A DNA stretch of 64,000 bases from an uncultured Nitrospiraceae bacterium. GTDB taxonomy: Bacteria; Nitrospirota; Thermodesulfovibrionia; Thermodesulfovibrionales; UBA6898. The stretch spans positions 128,001-192,000 of the forward strand of contig CAWEQH010000004.1 in assembly GCA_963811165.1 (NCBI GenBank). Reading direction: 5' to 3'. How positions within the stretch are numbered: the stretch's first letter is position 1; the number at the start of each line of letters is the position of its first letter. Both the position numbers and the translations under genes were made by a program. Shown here one piece after another: positions 1 through 12,528 of this stretch. The notes beneath the pieces were generated by a model. That model was not told where the DNA came from. It saw only the letters and a program-made list of their open reading frames with translations, and ran no database searches.

Positions 1-60
1 ATGAGGCAGTAAGTGGAGTCGTGAAGCACTCCGGAGAAGGGAAGGTCGTTCACGAGAAAA

Positions 61-285
61 ATGGATAAGCTGGTATGTTATTGTTTCGGTCATTCCGAAG
101 CCGATATTGAACAGGATGTCATCATCAACAAAGGCCGTTCCCTTATCCTTGAGAAGATAAAGGCTTCGAAGAAGGAAGGAACCTGCCGGTGTCATGAGAC
201 TAATCCAACCGGGAAGTGATGCCTTGGAGATGTCCACCGTGTTGTGGACAGAGCAAAGGCAAGACTGAAACAGGAACTCTCATAA
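61..285 (+). CDS. Probable selenoprotein: small BFD-like/CopZ-N-type (2Fe-2S)-binding protein, UGA at 217-219 read as Sec
   Basis: Manual translation: MDKLVCYCFGHSEADIEQDVIINKGRSLILEKIKASKKEGTCRCHETNPTGK-U-CLGDVHRVVDRAKARLKQELS. It has the CYCF, CxC and NPxGxCC motifs, with TGA at the first Cys of CC. Hairpin TGTCCAC/GTGGACA follows at 231-250. Confidence 0.8.
231..250 (+). promoter_or_regulatory. Putative bacterial SECIS hairpin
   Basis: Perfect 7-bp stem TGTCCAC-cgtgtt-GTGGACA. The loop starts 18 nt after the UGA and has G at loop position 2. Confidence 0.65.
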
Positions 286-320
286 GGGGTGCGATATCCC
301 CTATTACAAAATAATCCGAT

Positions 321-1001
321 ATGTTTCCGATCCGAGACACCGTATCCAACAGAACATTCCCTTCAACCACATGGATGATCATAATTCTGTGCGGAATAGT
401 CTTCCTGTTTGAAACCACCCTGCCGCGGGAACTCCTTGAGCAATTCACCTATTATTTTGGAATTGTGCCGATTGAATATACGGGTCGTCATCGTCATGGG
501 CTTCCCCTGGTGGATTATCTGTCCTTCCTGACCACCATGTTCCTGCACGCAGGATGGCTGCACATCCTTGGCAACATGTGGTTTCTCAAGATATTCGGCA
601 GTAAGGTGGAAGACCGTATGGGCCACAGCCGTTTCCTTGTGTTTTATCTGGTCGTGGGGGTGCTTGCCAGTATGTTCTATATCTACTTCAGTCCCCGGTC
701 CTCCATGCCCGTCATAGGGGCATCGGGGGCGATTGCCGGGGTCATGGGCGCTTACTATGTGCTATTTCCGAGGGCAAGAATCCTCACCTTCATTCCGATA
801 TTCATTATCCCGTGGTTTATAGAGCTTCCCGCGGTCTTTTTCCTCGGGTGGTGGTTTTTATTGCAGTTATTTTCCGGTACGGTCGCTCAAGTGCTTCCCT
901 CCTCCGGTGGGGGAGTGGCGTGGTGGGGGCATATCGGAGGATTTATTGCCGGGGTTTTGTTGGTGTCATTTTTTAAAAAACCTTCCGGACAATACTATTA
1001 G
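321..1001 (+). CDS. Rhomboid family intramembrane serine protease
   Basis: MFLHAGWLHILGNM, GASGAIAG (catalytic Ser) and WWGHIGGF (catalytic His) motifs; hydrophobic. Confidence 0.93.
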   Translation: MFPIRDTVSNRTFPSTTWMIIILCGIVFLFETTLPRELLEQFTYYFGIVPIEYTGRHRHGLPLVDYLSFLTTMFLHAGWLHILGNMWFLKIFGSKVEDRMGHSRFLVFYLVVGVLASMFYIYFSPRSSMPVIGASGAIAGVMGAYYVLFPRARILTFIPIFIIPWFIELPAVFFLGWWFLLQLFSGTVAQVLPSSGGGVAWWGHIGGFIAGVLLVSFFKKPSGQYY

Positions 1002-1031
1002 GAGAAAAATTTGACTGACAGGAGAAACGAC

Positions 1032-1760
1032 ATGAGCGACTTCAACAAATCGGCATGGGCAGACAATACCTTTGCGCAGAACTATCTGGACAAGGCCGAT
1101 ATCTATATCGTGGAACGCAGGAAAATGTTTTGGTATGTTTCCTCGCTGGTTTCCCATTTTCGTCGTGGCAAACAGGATATTGCATTGCTCGAGCTGGGAT
1201 GCGGAGATGGGGCGCTGACAGAGGAATTGCTTAAAACCAATACCGGCGTGTCGGCAACGCTCCTTGATGGCGGTGAAGGCATGCTTGAGAAAGCCAAAGA
1301 ACGCCTCAAGGGATACCCGAATACGACGTTCATCCAGGCAACGTTTCAAGACCTGTTGGGCGGCAAGACCAGGCTCGAAACGTATGACTTCATTGTTTCC
1401 TCTATGGCGATTCACCATCTTGAAATGGACGAAAAGGCTTCCCTGTTCCGTCTCATGGCTTCACGGCTAAGGCCCGGCGGTCTTTTTGCAGATGTCGATG
1501 TGGTACTGCCCCCGTCAGAAGAACTGGAGGAATGGTATTTTGCCATGTGGAAGGATTGGCTTGCTGCTATGATGAGCCGGTATAATATCCATGACGAGCT
1601 TCCCGAAGACCTTATCAGACGGTATAAGGACCCTTCCAGCATGAACAAGCCCGACACGCTTGGAAATCAACTGGGCGCATTGGAATCGGCGGGATTTGTG
1701 GATGTGGACTGTTACTTCAAGAATGGTGTTTTTGTGGTATTTGGAGGCAAGAAGAAATAA
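1032..1760 (+). CDS. Class I SAM-dependent methyltransferase
   Basis: LLELGCGDG motif I, YDFIVSSMAIHHL and LRPGG; AGGAG RBS before ATG 1032. Confidence 0.88.
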   Translation: MSDFNKSAWADNTFAQNYLDKADIYIVERRKMFWYVSSLVSHFRRGKQDIALLELGCGDGALTEELLKTNTGVSATLLDGGEGMLEKAKERLKGYPNTTFIQATFQDLLGGKTRLETYDFIVSSMAIHHLEMDEKASLFRLMASRLRPGGLFADVDVVLPPSEELEEWYFAMWKDWLAAMMSRYNIHDELPEDLIRRYKDPSSMNKPDTLGNQLGALESAGFVDVDCYFKNGVFVVFGGKKK

Positions 1761-1819
1761 CTATGGCCCCAAAATATTAGATGACTTACGGATAAAGATT
1801 TGACCTTATTTCAAGGAGG

Positions 1820-2062
1820 ATGACAATGCCCGGAAAATGTGATTGCGGCGCCGTGACTGACTGGATAGAAGACGGAAGCACCTGGATTTGCAAGGATTGC
1901 AGCATACGGGAAATTAAAAAGAATATGGATGAGCTTAAAGAGGCAATGGAGAAAATGGAATCGGCAGCGCGTTCACTCGTTTCAATGAAAGTCGATACAT
2001 TGGCTGTCCCCAAATTGCTTGATAGCCTTAAAAAAGAAATCGCCAGGATTATACTCGAATAA
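1820..2062 (+). CDS. Small hypothetical protein with CxC/CxxC zinc-ribbon-like N-terminus and coiled-coil-like C-terminus
   Basis: AAGGAGG RBS; CDCG...CKDC. Confidence 0.6.
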   Translation: MTMPGKCDCGAVTDWIEDGSTWICKDCSIREIKKNMDELKEAMEKMESAARSLVSMKVDTLAVPKLLDSLKKEIARIILE

Positions 2063-2118
2063 GAATTACGGGGACGGCATCGATTCTCTCACAGATGAAT
2101 CACAGTGAGGAGAAGATT

Positions 2119-2165
2119 AAAGGGGTCGCTTTCGTAACCCCCTGAATTTGTCGGCGTCCCGGGCG
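2119..2165 (-). repeat. Degenerate copy of tRNA-Glu 3' end plus downstream hairpin (att-like)
   Basis: aaaggggtcgctttcgtaaccccctgaatttgtcggcgtcccgggcg resembles aaaagggcttgctctcgcaaacccttgaatttgttggcgtccccagcg at 16032-16079, in direct orientation. Confidence 0.7.
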
Positions 2166-2196
2166 TGACTCTGAGTCTCTGCGAGGGACAGTTTTT

Positions 2197-5100
2197 CTAT
2201 GATATTTTCGATTTTTGTGGATTATCTCTCTTCGTTTTGTCCGGTGCGGATATTCTCATCTCAACCGAATGTTCCCGATGGTCGTCAACAAGGGAGATTG
2301 CCACGTCGGATTGTGCAACACCATCTACGGTCATACTCGCCATGCTCCCGTCACGCGCTTGAAGCACTATGATATGGTAGACAGTTTCCCTGTAGCGGTA
2401 ATGCATCTTGAACGACTCCCACTCGGCGGGCAGACATGGAGCAAAGCTCAGCCTGTCTGCTTCAAGCCTCAGCCCCAGGAGTGATTCAAGGATAAGGCGG
2501 TACATCCAGCCGGCTGACCCGGTGTACCACGTCCATCCGCCGCGGCCGATGTGCGGCGAAACCGCATATACGTCAGCCGCGACAACATACGGCTCCACCT
2601 TGTAGGTTGAGATCTTCTCAGGAGATCCACCATGGTTTACCGGGTTGATCATCGACATCAGTTCCCACGCGCGGCTGCTGTCGCCCAATTGGGCGAATGC
2701 CATCGCGGCCCAGATGGCAGCATGGGTGTATTGCCCTCCATTCTCCCTTACGCCGGGGACGTATCCTTTTATGTAGCCGGGGTTCATATCCGATTTATCG
2801 AACGGCGGAGCCAGGAGCTGGACCAGGCCATGGTCACGCCGAACCAGAAATTTGTCAACGGCTTCCATTGACATGCGTGAGCGTTCGGCATCCCCGGCAC
2901 CGGACAGGACAGACCAGCTTTGCGAGATAGAATCGATCCGGCATTCGGAATTGCCAGCCGAACCAAGTGGAGAAGCGTCGTCAAAGTAAGCGCGCAGATA
3001 CCACCGGCCATCCCAGCCTTTCTCCTCGATATTCCTGCGCAGTGAAGCAGCTTCCTTTTGGCAGCGTTCTACGAAGGACGGATCGCCATGCAGACGCGCG
3101 ATCTCACAGAAATCTACGAGGACTTTATTGAGAAAGAATCCAAGCCAGATGCTTTCGCCTCTGCCCTGTTCGCCTACCATGTTCATCCCGTCGTTCCAGT
3201 CACCCGAGCCGATCAGCGGCAGACCATGCCCGCCGCGGCTGATGCCCTTGAGAACGGCCCGCACGCAATGGTCGTACAAACTCGCGGCTTCTTCGGAGAC
3301 GTGGGGAAGGTCGTAATACGAGTCCTCGTCTTTGTCTACCGGGCGGCCCTCGATGAACCGGACATTCTCATCCAATACCCCTGTGTCTCCGGTAATCAGA
3401 ACGTAGCGGCAGACGGCCAGGGGCAACCAGAGAAGGTCGTCAGAACAGTGCGTACGCACGCCCCGTCCGGTCGGGGGATGCCACCAGTGCTGGACATCTC
3501 CCTCCTGAAACTGATGGGCCGCGCAGAGGAGGAGGTGCTCGCGCGCAAGCCGCGGCTCAGTGAGGATGAGCGCCATCACGTCCTGCAACTGGTCGCGGAA
3601 ACCGAATGCGCCGCCGGGTTGGTAGTATCCGGACCGCGCCCAAAGACGACATGCCAGAGTTTGGTACAAGAGCCAACCGTTGGCCAGCACATTAACGGAC
3701 TGGTCCGGTGTCTCTACCTGCACAGCGCCCAGGGTATGATTCCAGTACTGCCAGACCTTTTCGAGGGCTTCGCGGGTAGCCATAGATCCGCGGAAGCGGC
3801 GCACCAGTTGACGGGCATCATTTGAATCACGCCCCACGCCAAGCCTGAAGATAATCTCCTGCTCCTGCCCATCGGCCAGATCGAAGGCAACCTGGATAGC
3901 GGCGCAGGGGTCGAGACCGGCCCCTACCCTGCCGGAAAGCCGGGCGCGGGTCATCGCGTCAGGGCTCCTAAGCGTGCCGTTACGGCCGAGGAATTCGGTC
4001 CGGTCTCCGCTCACGGTCCGGGTTCCCTCGTCCACGTCGAAGAACGCGGTCCGGTCGGCGAACTCCGTATTGTACGGGTTCCGGCCGAAAAGCGCGCCGG
4101 TTTTCGGGTCGATCTCTGTATTCACATGCATTGCCGTCTTCGCCCGCAAATCTCCCAGCACCCATTCCACGTACCCAGTGGCTGAGAGCCGGCGGGACCG
4201 GCCCGATTCGTTTTTCACCTTCAATACGGTGAACTTGACCGATGCATCTATTGCAACATAAACCCACATCTCCGAACTGATGCCGTCCTCAGTGTGTTCG
4301 AAGACACTGTACCCGAATCCATGACGGCTGATGTAATGCATCGCCCCCCGGACAGGCAGCGGTGAAGGGGACCAGAAAAGGCCGCTCTCTTCATCGCGAA
4401 GGTAAAAGGACTCACCGCCCGCGTCGCTTACCGGGTCGTTGTACCAGGGGGTGAGGCGGAACTCATGCGCATTCTCGCTCCAGGTGTAAGAAGATCCGCT
4501 CTCTGAAATAACAGTCCCGAAGTGCGGATTGGCAAGCACATTTACCCATGGCGCCGGGGTCACCTGTTCGCGGCTTGTCGTGATGATGTACTCATGGCCA
4601 TCAGGGGTGAATCCTCCGAGTCCGTTAAAAAACATGAGATCGCTGCGGGCAATTGCCGCGGCAGTCCGGGATTCGGGCCGGCGGCTCCTGGTAGGCTCAA
4701 GACGCGGCACTATGAGCGGCAAAATACTGCGACGGGTGATCTGGTCCTCGATTGGGCCAAGGCCGTCGGTGATGACGGCCCGGGCGACTGTCTGGAGCAG
4801 GATGCGGTCCTCGGCAGATATCTGGTCAGCAGGTCTTACGAAGATGCCGCCGGGCCGCTCCGTCACGTTCGCCTCGACGCCTGCGGCGATGAGTCCCATG
4901 ATCTGTTCCTGCAGAAGCTGCCGGTACCCCGCGTGATCTTCATTCCAGATCACGAGGTCAACCGCGAGTCCCTTAAGACGCCAGTATGCGTGTGCCTGTA
5001 CGAGCTGACGCACCAGGTCGATATTGGCCGGGTCTGCAATCTGCAGCAGCACTATCGGGAGATCGCCGGAGATGGCGTAGCCCCACAGGCCTGATTGCCC

Positions 5101-7344
5101 GCGATGGTTCCTGGCGATGATGCCCGGGTCTGCACGCAGCGAAGGGTTTGCATAGATCACTGAGCCTGCAAGGTTGGCATAGAGCTGTGCATCGGCCTCT
5201 GTGGCGTTGATCTGCCTAAGGAGTACCTGACTGTGCGTCCATGCAAGATCGAATACACGGTCTGCCAGATACTGGTCCTGGTATTTTTCGACAAGACCCA
5301 TACATAGGTCACGGGTTTCACCGATGCCGGTGACAATATTTATTGTTGCAGATCTTTCCGGATCAAGGGTCATGCGATAACGGATGGAGACTATCGGATC
5401 GAGCACCGGGCCCTCGCTGCCGGAAAGTGCAGCGGAACTGCTCAGGGCCTCAGGGTTTGCAACGGTATTTCCGCGACCGATGAACCTCAGGCGGTCGGTC
5501 TCATAGGAAACTTCGCCGGTTTCCGTCCCGTGGACGGCCATCAGATGAAACATCCAAGGCGATTGCTCGTCGAGGGAGCGGGGGCGACGGGTGCAGAGGA
5601 TCGCCCGCCTTTGGTCGATGATCTCCGTCTGTACAAAAAGATTACTGAACGCCGGATGAAGCGCATCTGCCGCGGGCGGAGCAAGCACGACCTCCGCGTA
5701 GCTCGTGACCTCGATCTCTCTGCGTGTTTTGCCGCGGTTGGTGATCGTTACCCTGCGCAGCTCGATATCATCCTCGGGAGAGACAGCGATTTCGGTGTGT
5801 GTGTCAAAGTCGTGGTCCAGGCAGCGAAACTCCGCCCTCCCCTCCGAGAAGATCGCCGCATAATTCTTCGCGCGCTTGAGCGCCGGCTGATATGCGGCCG
5901 ACCAGAAATCCCCGCTCGTCTTTTCACGGATATAACAAAAAGTGCCCCAGGAGTCGCGCGTTGTGTCTTCTTGCCAGCGGGTGACTGCGATGTCCTTCCA
6001 GCGGCTGTACCCGCCTCCGGCGTTCGTAACCATCACGTGGTATCTGCCGTTGGACAGCAACTGCACCTGGGGAAACGACGTGTCAGGGCTGCTGAAGGAG
6101 CGTACGGATGTCTCTGCGCCGGTCGAAGCCGTATGCGCCTCGGCGAGATCGGCGATCTGCGAAAAGAATGTCGTTGACCTTGGCACCCGCTCCTGCAGAA
6201 GAAGCGTGGTGGCCTGGAAAAGAGGGTCCGCCTCGAATCGCTTCTGCATCGGACGGTCCAGAAGCAGATAGGCAAGAGAGAGAAAGCTCATGCCGACATG
6301 ATGCGCCATAAATGACCGGACTACGGCGCTCGATTGTCTGCGCGGCAGACGCGATGGGGTGTAATCGACCGCTTCATAAAAGCCGAATTTTCCCTCACAT
6401 CCTTCCTTGGCGAGCCGCTGCAGATTCAGGCATGCCTCCTCGGGGGCCACCATCAGAGCAAGAGCCGAGGCATAGGGCGCAATTACCAGATCGTCGGCGA
6501 GCCCGCGTTTGAGTCCCAGGCCGGGGACGCCGAAGGCGCGGTATTGGTAATTGAGATGAGCGTCGATCGTGTTGTAGCCGGATTCAGAAATGCCCCAGGG
6601 CACTCCGCGTTTCCTCCCATACTCGATCTGCCTGGCCACCGCAGCCTTGCAGGTTTCATCAAGCAGCGTACGCTCGTAAGTGGGCATTACCAGAAGCGGC
6701 ATGAGGTATTCGAACATTGAACCGCTCCACGAAACGAGGATCGGCTCTCCGCCGACGTTAATGAGCAGGCGCCCCAGTGCAAACCAGCTCTCCTGCGGCA
6801 ATTGTCCCTGAGCGATCGCCACGAAACTGCAGAGTCTCGCCTCCGAGGCCAGCAGGTCGTAGTAACTCGCGTCCCGCCTCCGGCTGTCGACATTGTACCC
6901 GATGGCCAGTAAATGACTCGTCCTGTCGAACAGGAAGTCATACTCCATGCGGCTGAATTCGTCTGATTGCAATACGAGCTTTTCGATAGCCGTGATCCTC
7001 TCAACGGCAAGATCATTTCTAATGTTCGCCAGTCCACGCAGCGTCGGTATCTCATCAATGTCGCGAACCGTGGAAAAGTCGAAGATCGTCAGCTCATCGA
7101 GTGCTGCCCGGCATTGCCCGCCAAAAGCTCTTGCCCACCATACCAGCTGATTCTCCTGGCTGAGACCTAAAATATCGATCCTGGAAAGGGCCTCCTCCGC
7201 TTTGTTTGTAAATTGCTCAAGGAGAAGCCGCACAGCAGAGAGCGCCAGTCGGTTTGAAATCGCACGCGGATTCCAGCTCCTTCTCCATTTGAGCGAGCAA
7301 GTCAAAAATGTCTCCTTCAATGCGCGCATCGGCCGCAACATCAA
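2197..7344 (-). CDS. ndvB: Cyclic beta-1,2-glucan synthase, C-terminal part (glucoamylase-like/cyclase region plus GH94 phosphorylase); frameshifted from the upstream part
   Basis: [45 protein letters not shown] and ENGGQYTH motifs. The coding frame appears valid from about 7244 downward. Confidence 0.9.
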   Translation of the reverse strand: MMLRPMRALKETFLTCSLKWRRSWNPRAISNRLALSAVRLLLEQFTNKAEEALSRIDILGLSQENQLVWWARAFGGQCRAALDELTIFDFSTVRDIDEIPTLRGLANIRNDLAVERITAIEKLVLQSDEFSRMEYDFLFDRTSHLLAIGYNVDSRRRDASYYDLLASEARLCSFVAIAQGQLPQESWFALGRLLINVGGEPILVSWSGSMFEYLMPLLVMPTYERTLLDETCKAAVARQIEYGRKRGVPWGISESGYNTIDAHLNYQYRAFGVPGLGLKRGLADDLVIAPYASALALMVAPEEACLNLQRLAKEGCEGKFGFYEAVDYTPSRLPRRQSSAVVRSFMAHHVGMSFLSLAYLLLDRPMQKRFEADPLFQATTLLLQERVPRSTTFFSQIADLAEAHTASTGAETSVRSFSSPDTSFPQVQLLSNGRYHVMVTNAGGGYSRWKDIAVTRWQEDTTRDSWGTFCYIREKTSGDFWSAAYQPALKRAKNYAAIFSEGRAEFRCLDHDFDTHTEIAVSPEDDIELRRVTITNRGKTRREIEVTSYAEVVLAPPAADALHPAFSNLFVQTEIIDQRRAILCTRRPRSLDEQSPWMFHLMAVHGTETGEVSYETDRLRFIGRGNTVANPEALSSSAALSGSEGPVLDPIVSIRYRMTLDPERSATINIVTGIGETRDLCMGLVEKYQDQYLADRVFDLAWTHSQVLLRQINATEADAQLYANLAGSVIYANPSLRADPGIIARNHRGQSGLWGYAISGDLPIVLLQIADPANIDLVRQLVQAHAYWRLKGLAVDLVIWNEDHAGYRQLLQEQIMGLIAAGVEANVTERPGGIFVRPADQISAEDRILLQTVARAVITDGLGPIEDQITRRSILPLIVPRLEPTRSRRPESRTAAAIARSDLMFFNGLGGFTPDGHEYIITTSREQVTPAPWVNVLANPHFGTVISESGSSYTWSENAHEFRLTPWYNDPVSDAGGESFYLRDEESGLFWSPSPLPVRGAMHYISRHGFGYSVFEHTEDGISSEMWVYVAIDASVKFTVLKVKNESGRSRRLSATGYVEWVLGDLRAKTAMHVNTEIDPKTGALFGRNPYNTEFADRTAFFDVDEGTRTVSGDRTEFLGRNGTLRSPDAMTRARLSGRVGAGLDPCAAIQVAFDLADGQEQEIIFRLGVGRDSNDARQLVRRFRGSMATREALEKVWQYWNHTLGAVQVETPDQSVNVLANGWLLYQTLACRLWARSGYYQPGGAFGFRDQLQDVMALILTEPRLAREHLLLCAAHQFQEGDVQHWWHPPTGRGVRTHCSDDLLWLPLAVCRYVLITGDTGVLDENVRFIEGRPVDKDEDSYYDLPHVSEEAASLYDHCVRAVLKGISRGGHGLPLIGSGDWNDGMNMVGEQGRGESIWLGFFLNKVLVDFCEIARLHGDPSFVERCQKEAASLRRNIEEKGWDGRWYLRAYFDDASPLGSAGNSECRIDSISQSWSVLSGAGDAERSRMSMEAVDKFLVRRDHGLVQLLAPPFDKSDMNPGYIKGYVPGVRENGGQYTHAAIWAAMAFAQLGDSSRAWELMSMINPVNHGGSPEKISTYKVEPYVVAADVYAVSPHIGRGGWTWYTGSAGWMYRLILESLLGLRLEADRLSFAPCLPAEWESFKMHYRYRETVYHIIVLQARDGSMASMTVDGVAQSDVAISLVDDHREHSVEMRISAPDKTKRDNPQKSKIS

Positions 7345-10300
7345 GAAGAACCCTTATTGTGTCGCGGAGGCCGTCGAAGACCTGCGGGCCAAGGATCGTC
7401 TGTTCCGGGAGCGCAAGCAGACCCTGCCTCAAAGTAAGCAGGTGGCCGGCAAGGTTGCCGCTGTCCACGGTCGAAACGTATTTGGGTGACAGCGGCTTGA
7501 GAGTCTGTGTTTCGTACCAGTTGTAGAAGTGGCCCCGATAGCGCTCCAGTGTTTCCATTGTGGAGAGGGTATTCGTTGTGCGTTCGATGAGTTGCCGCGT
7601 GGAGATGTAGCCAAAGTCGTGGGCGGATAAATTCGCCAGCAGCGCAAGCCCCATGTTAGTCGGAGACGTGCGATGTGCAACGGCAGGGGCAGGGTGGTCC
7701 TGATAGTTATCAGGCGGCAGCCAGTTTTCTCCGGGGCCTACGAATGTCTCGAAAAAGGCCCAGGTTTTTCGGGAAAGCTTTTGGAGAAAGACGGTCTGGT
7801 CAGGCCTCAGCCTGGCTTCGTCGCGGGCAAGCGGCAGGCTGATCCGCCACGCGATAACGGGTGAGGCAAACCAGAGTATTAGTATCGGAGCGGCAGTTAA
7901 CAGGGCGGCCGGATTAAAAAGCGCCAAATAGATTATCGCTGCAAAGGCAAGAAAGGGGGCGAACCACATCGTCCGCCATACACCGGCCAGGCCGTTCATC
8001 TTGGAATTATGGCGTGAGCCGCCGGTATTTTTATCAGGGGTGCCCGAAGGACTCCATTCGAGGAGTCGCTTGTGGGTGATCAGCATTCTCCAGATTGTAC
8101 GCAGAATCGCATCCAAGCTGAAAAAAGCCTCGTATGGGAGACACGCAAGCGTAAAGACAACCTGAACAAGACGCCCGGAGGTTGAGCGTCCCACGGCAGA
8201 GAGATGCTCCACAAAATGCAGATCGTCCGGCTTCCTGAGCAGGTCCAGGAAAGAGGATATCAAAGAGGGAATAAAGATGATCCCGATCACCGAAAGGGTC
8301 CAGACCCATGGCGATGAGGAGACCGTCCAACCCAGCAGCAGGAGAAGGATCAATGCCGAAGGCGTGAGGCTCCGCCGAAGGTTGTCGAAGAGCTTCCATC
8401 GGGACAGCAGCGAAAGAGGGTTCTTGTGGCGTTGCCCGTCGGGGCCGGGAATACCCGGCAGTATCCAGCGCAGAAGCTGCCAGTCCCCGCGGATCCAACG
8501 GTGCCGGCGGCCCACGTCCGCGCTGTAGCGGTACGGATACTCCTCGTAAACCATTACATCACTCAGCAAACCCGCGCGGGCGTAACACCCTTCGATAAGA
8601 TCGTGACTGAGGATCCGGTTTTCGGGAAAACGTCCGCCCACCGCCCGCTCGAATGCATCGACGTCATAGATCCCCTTGCCTATAAAAGAACCTTCATGGA
8701 AGACATCCTGGTAGACGTCCGAGACAGCGCGCGTGTACGGGTCGATGCCGGGATCACTCCCGTAGAGGCGCGCATACCGCGAGCGGTTTGTGCCGGGCAG
8801 ACTCACGGCGACCCGCGGCTGAAGGATGCCGTACCCTTCAACGATCCGCTGCCTGCCTTCGTCGTAATGCGCACAGTTCAGCGGGTGCGCCATTGCCCCC
8901 ACAAACTGCCGCGCCGCATCGCGGGGCAACTGAGTATCCGTGTCGAGGGTGATCACATACTTTACATTTGACAGGATTTCCGTATTCCCGACGATGAGCG
9001 AGAAGCTATTTCCCCTGCCGCGCAATAAGGCGTTCAACTCCTCCAGCTTCCCTCTCTTGCGTTCGTAACCCATCCAGACCAGGTCCCGGGCGTTCCATCG
9101 GCGCGGGCGGTGAAAGAGAAAGAACGTATCGCCTTTTGCGTTCCGGTATTTTTTATTCAGTCCTTCGACTCTCTGTCCGGCAAGCAATAACAGCAGTTCG
9201 TCCTCCGGAAGTGTTTCCTCTGCCGCATCCTGAAAATCAGTAAGCAGGCCGAAGTGCAGGTTTTCGTCGCGATTTGCAAGGAACCTGACTTCCAGCGCCT
9301 CGACCAGGTCTTCGATCCCCTGGGCGTTCGTGAGCATAGTCGGTACAATGGTTAGGGTCCGCGATTCGGGCGGAATACCTTTGGAAAAGTCCATTCGGGG
9401 CAGCGACTGCGGAGTTACCAGCAATGTCGCAAGCCAGTTAACTACAGCAAGCGCGAGTTGGCTTGCGCACAGCGCTGAAATGATGCCGGTCGTGACGAGA
9501 AGCCAAAGAGGTGAGCCGTCACCATGCGCCCTCAACAGTAATCCTCCCGTGAAAATCGCCGTCATGAGCGCGACTGCGCCCAGATAGAGTAGCAAAGGAG
9601 ACCGGGAACCCCATTTCCGAAGGGCCCCGGAGAAAGAGAATCGCATATGCGCCAGCCCTTCGAGCTTAGACAATCCCTTGTCGATCAGGTAATAGCCCAC
9701 ATGGGCTGTGCGGTCATCTCCACCCCGACTGCCGTCTTTATCGGCCGCGCTCTCGTGCGCGAGCCGTATCGCTTTTGCTGCCACCTCGCCCTCCGACAGC
9801 CGCCCGCCCTTTGCCAGTTTCTCCACCACGTGGCGGTAACGGTCACGGGTAGAGAAGTCCATTTTGCCGTATATACCGCCGGTGTCTTTACGCAGGGTCT
9901 GTTCGACAATGCTCATCGTCTCGACGAACTCGCGCCAGTCCATAGTGCCGAGGAAACGTAAGCTGCCGATGCTGTTGCTCATCGAGACCTGATCAGCCGC
10001 CTGTTGCTGGTTCTCCGACTGCACCAAATGGTCGATCGTCAGACTGCACTCCGAGAGTCGCTGTTCAATCCATGTGAGCGGCATTGCCAGGGCAGGGCCC
10101 TGACCCTGAAGCCGTCGGGCAAATTCCGCAACGAACGCGCTCCTCAGAGGGGGGTCCGACCGCGCCATGTCCGCGATGACTAATACGAGACTCTTCGGGT
10201 CCTTCACTGCCATTTCGGTAATCCGGTCTGCCCAATAATCGGCCTTGTTTCGGTCGAGCCTGTCTGCAGCGATCCTTGCCCCAACACGCCGGAGATTTTC

Positions 10301-10867
10301 GATCAGCGCGAGCCGCAGCATGATCGGTATTGCCCACAGCTCTCCCAAGTTGAGGACGGTGACTGTCTGGTAGGCTGCAACAAATCTACTTAAACTCTGG
10401 GGATCTATCCGTCCATCGCTGTGCGAGATCGTCTCCAAGGCGATGTCATAAACGCGCGGAAGTCCGGCCGAAAGGCCGTCTATCAGACGGGGAAGCTCGC
10501 GGCTGTACCCCTTCGGCAGGTGTCTTCTGGCCATGCGGATCTGTTCTTCGATCAGGTAGAAGTTATCGAGCAGCCATTCGCCTGCCGGCGTAATTCTACG
10601 ATCAGTCGTGACCGCCTCCATCAGTAGGCGACGCGTCCCTGTCAGGATGCCTTCATTGTCGTCCAGTCGCGCCAGGAGCTTATCAGGGGCATATCCCGGG
10701 CTCAATTTGTGTAAACCCGCCAGGGTCTTGCCGTGCTGCTCCATCTGGTCGCTGCTGAACAATTCCGATCTCAGCGGAGGCTCGCAGACTGCGCACTGCT
10801 TTGCCAGGTTTATTGCGCGAAAGCTCGCAGACAGTTGAGGCAGGTTTCCGATGTTGCTAATTTTCAC
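7217..10867 (-). CDS. ndvB: Cyclic beta-1,2-glucan synthase, N-terminal part (glycosyltransferase and membrane region)
   Basis: [42 protein letters not shown] and PPDNYQ...RTSPTN motifs. Removing one base near 7245 joins it to the downstream ORF. Confidence 0.9.
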   Translation of the reverse strand: MKISNIGNLPQLSASFRAINLAKQCAVCEPPLRSELFSSDQMEQHGKTLAGLHKLSPGYAPDKLLARLDDNEGILTGTRRLLMEAVTTDRRITPAGEWLLDNFYLIEEQIRMARRHLPKGYSRELPRLIDGLSAGLPRVYDIALETISHSDGRIDPQSLSRFVAAYQTVTVLNLGELWAIPIMLRLALIENLRRVGARIAADRLDRNKADYWADRITEMAVKDPKSLVLVIADMARSDPPLRSAFVAEFARRLQGQGPALAMPLTWIEQRLSECSLTIDHLVQSENQQQAADQVSMSNSIGSLRFLGTMDWREFVETMSIVEQTLRKDTGGIYGKMDFSTRDRYRHVVEKLAKGGRLSEGEVAAKAIRLAHESAADKDGSRGGDDRTAHVGYYLIDKGLSKLEGLAHMRFSFSGALRKWGSRSPLLLYLGAVALMTAIFTGGLLLRAHGDGSPLWLLVTTGIISALCASQLALAVVNWLATLLVTPQSLPRMDFSKGIPPESRTLTIVPTMLTNAQGIEDLVEALEVRFLANRDENLHFGLLTDFQDAAEETLPEDELLLLLAGQRVEGLNKKYRNAKGDTFFLFHRPRRWNARDLVWMGYERKRGKLEELNALLRGRGNSFSLIVGNTEILSNVKYVITLDTDTQLPRDAARQFVGAMAHPLNCAHYDEGRQRIVEGYGILQPRVAVSLPGTNRSRYARLYGSDPGIDPYTRAVSDVYQDVFHEGSFIGKGIYDVDAFERAVGGRFPENRILSHDLIEGCYARAGLLSDVMVYEEYPYRYSADVGRRHRWIRGDWQLLRWILPGIPGPDGQRHKNPLSLLSRWKLFDNLRRSLTPSALILLLLLGWTVSSSPWVWTLSVIGIIFIPSLISSFLDLLRKPDDLHFVEHLSAVGRSTSGRLVQVVFTLACLPYEAFFSLDAILRTIWRMLITHKRLLEWSPSGTPDKNTGGSRHNSKMNGLAGVWRTMWFAPFLAFAAIIYLALFNPAALLTAAPILILWFASPVIAWRISLPLARDEARLRPDQTVFLQKLSRKTWAFFETFVGPGENWLPPDNYQDHPAPAVAHRTSPTNMGLALLANLSAHDFGYISTRQLIERTTNTLSTMETLERYRGHFYNWYETQTLKPLSPKYVSTVDSGNLAGHLLTLRQGLLALPEQTILGPQVFDGLRDTIRVLLDVAADARIEGDIFDLLAQMEKELESACDFKPTGALCCAASP

Positions 10868-11343
10868 GCCTGAGGTCTCCTTCCTTCCGAAGGCAAGCGG
10901 CCTCTGAAACTCAGAGTCCCCTCACTCCTGATGCGGCATTCCTATGCCACGGAATGCGCAATAATAATGTCCCTTTGAAAACTCTTAATCTTGCCGGCAT
11001 GTTTGAAGAAACAATATTTCCCCGGCTGCTAAAAAATTGTTACGTGAGGCCCCCATGCTAAGAGGGTTTTTAGGCATATGCAATGGGAGCCCCGTGAGGA
11101 AAAGAGAGTATATCCACTAATGAAAGAATAATGGAACCATTGATCAAAAGAATGAAAAAGGGCCTCTCTTCCCTTAGTTAACTATAGCACATAACTGCAC
11201 CCCCCCCGTTTGCAATGATCCGGAACATGCAGTGATTTCTGTTGAGATTATTGTTCTTGCTGAAATGATAGTGGAGAGTCGGAGCATAGGGGGTGAGAGG
11301 GTTTTGAAACAGGGGAAAGCGGGATGGGGTTATGGAGGTGAAT

Positions 11344-11553
11344 TTAAGAAGCGTAGCGGTATTGCCAACCGCTTCTTAAACATTTCGCCAAGAACAGAGA
11401 ACAGTTGTCATAGTTCTCGCTGTTACAGCGATTTAACCTTAACAATGCCCCTAATTTTAGGGATGCCACGGATGCCTTGCATACGTCAGCAGTATCATCA
11501 CAGTATGGACATATATCCTTATCTTCAGTACATTTTTTTTCTATTTGATTCAT
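11344..11553 (-). CDS. Small Cys-rich hypothetical protein
   Basis: AGGAGG RBS; CPYC...C...C...C pattern. Confidence 0.6.
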   Translation of the reverse strand: MNQIEKKCTEDKDICPYCDDTADVCKASVASLKLGALLRLNRCNSENYDNCSLFLAKCLRSGWQYRYAS

Positions 11554-11795
11554 ATCTACCTCCTTTCTTTTAGATTTAAAGATATTGATATTTTAAAGGA
11601 CAGATGTTACCAGAGTATTACAGAAAGAATAAATCTCGGAGTAAATATCTCGACCATCCTCACCATTGTTATCAATGCGGAGAGATAATGCTAACATAAT
11701 TGTATGACCTACTGCAAAGTTTAGGTGTAAAACATGAACATATTTACTGACATCGAAATGAAAGCTAGGGCAAACATCTTTGAGAGGAGAGAATC

Positions 11796-12383
11796 GTGAA
11801 TAAAATCAAAATAGATAAAAGTCTGTTCTGTCTTCCTGGGACTCAGACACTTCTGGGTACTCATCTGAATGGGAAAATAAATTTCATGGCTCTGGATTGG
11901 CTGACAAGAGTCAACTATGACCCTGTAATGTTCGGCATCTGTGTCAATAAGAGAAATGCATCGAATTCAGCCATCAGGGAGACAGGTGAATTCAGTATTA
12001 ATGTCCCGTCTGTTGATATGGTTGCTGTTACAGATTATTGTGGCATCGTATCGGGAAGCAAGACGGACAAGTCTGACCTGTTTGAGGTCTTCTACGGTGA
12101 GTTGAAGCAAGCTCCGCTAATCGAGCTTTGTCCAATCAATATTGAATGCAAATTATCTGAAATTGTTGAACTGCCAACAAACACTTTTTTCATAGGAGAA
12201 GTGCTCAATGTCTATAGCAAGGAAGATTTTCTCACTGACGGTAAGCCAGATGTAAAGAAGGTCAATCCTTTTCTTCTCACCATGCCTGATAACAGATTCT
12301 GGTCAGTTGGAGATAACGTTGGTAGAGCCTGGAACGCTGGATCTAAGTATAGAGAGCAGCTAAATCAGAAGAACTCCGAATAG
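11796..12383 (+). CDS. Flavin reductase family protein (DIM6/NTAB, flavoredoxin-like)
   Basis: GEFSINVP, DYCGIVSG...DK, APLIELCPINIECK and FIGEV motifs. Confidence 0.88.
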   Translation: MNKIKIDKSLFCLPGTQTLLGTHLNGKINFMALDWLTRVNYDPVMFGICVNKRNASNSAIRETGEFSINVPSVDMVAVTDYCGIVSGSKTDKSDLFEVFYGELKQAPLIELCPINIECKLSEIVELPTNTFFIGEVLNVYSKEDFLTDGKPDVKKVNPFLLTMPDNRFWSVGDNVGRAWNAGSKYREQLNQKNSE

Positions 12384-12528
12384 ATTGAGGCACAATCTAT
12401 TCGCGTTTGATCTTTGAAATATTTCTCATTTTTGGGCAAATCTCGCCCCTATTAGAAAGGCTTTCTCATGGAGTGTCGGATAGACGGTAAGCATCCTATC
12501 TTTGGACACGCCATATTCTTTTCGCTTC

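Noticed and set aside
3058..10838. Many plus-strand ORFs of 60-255 aa
   Set aside because: Antisense shadows of the GC-rich cgs gene; no recognisable motifs
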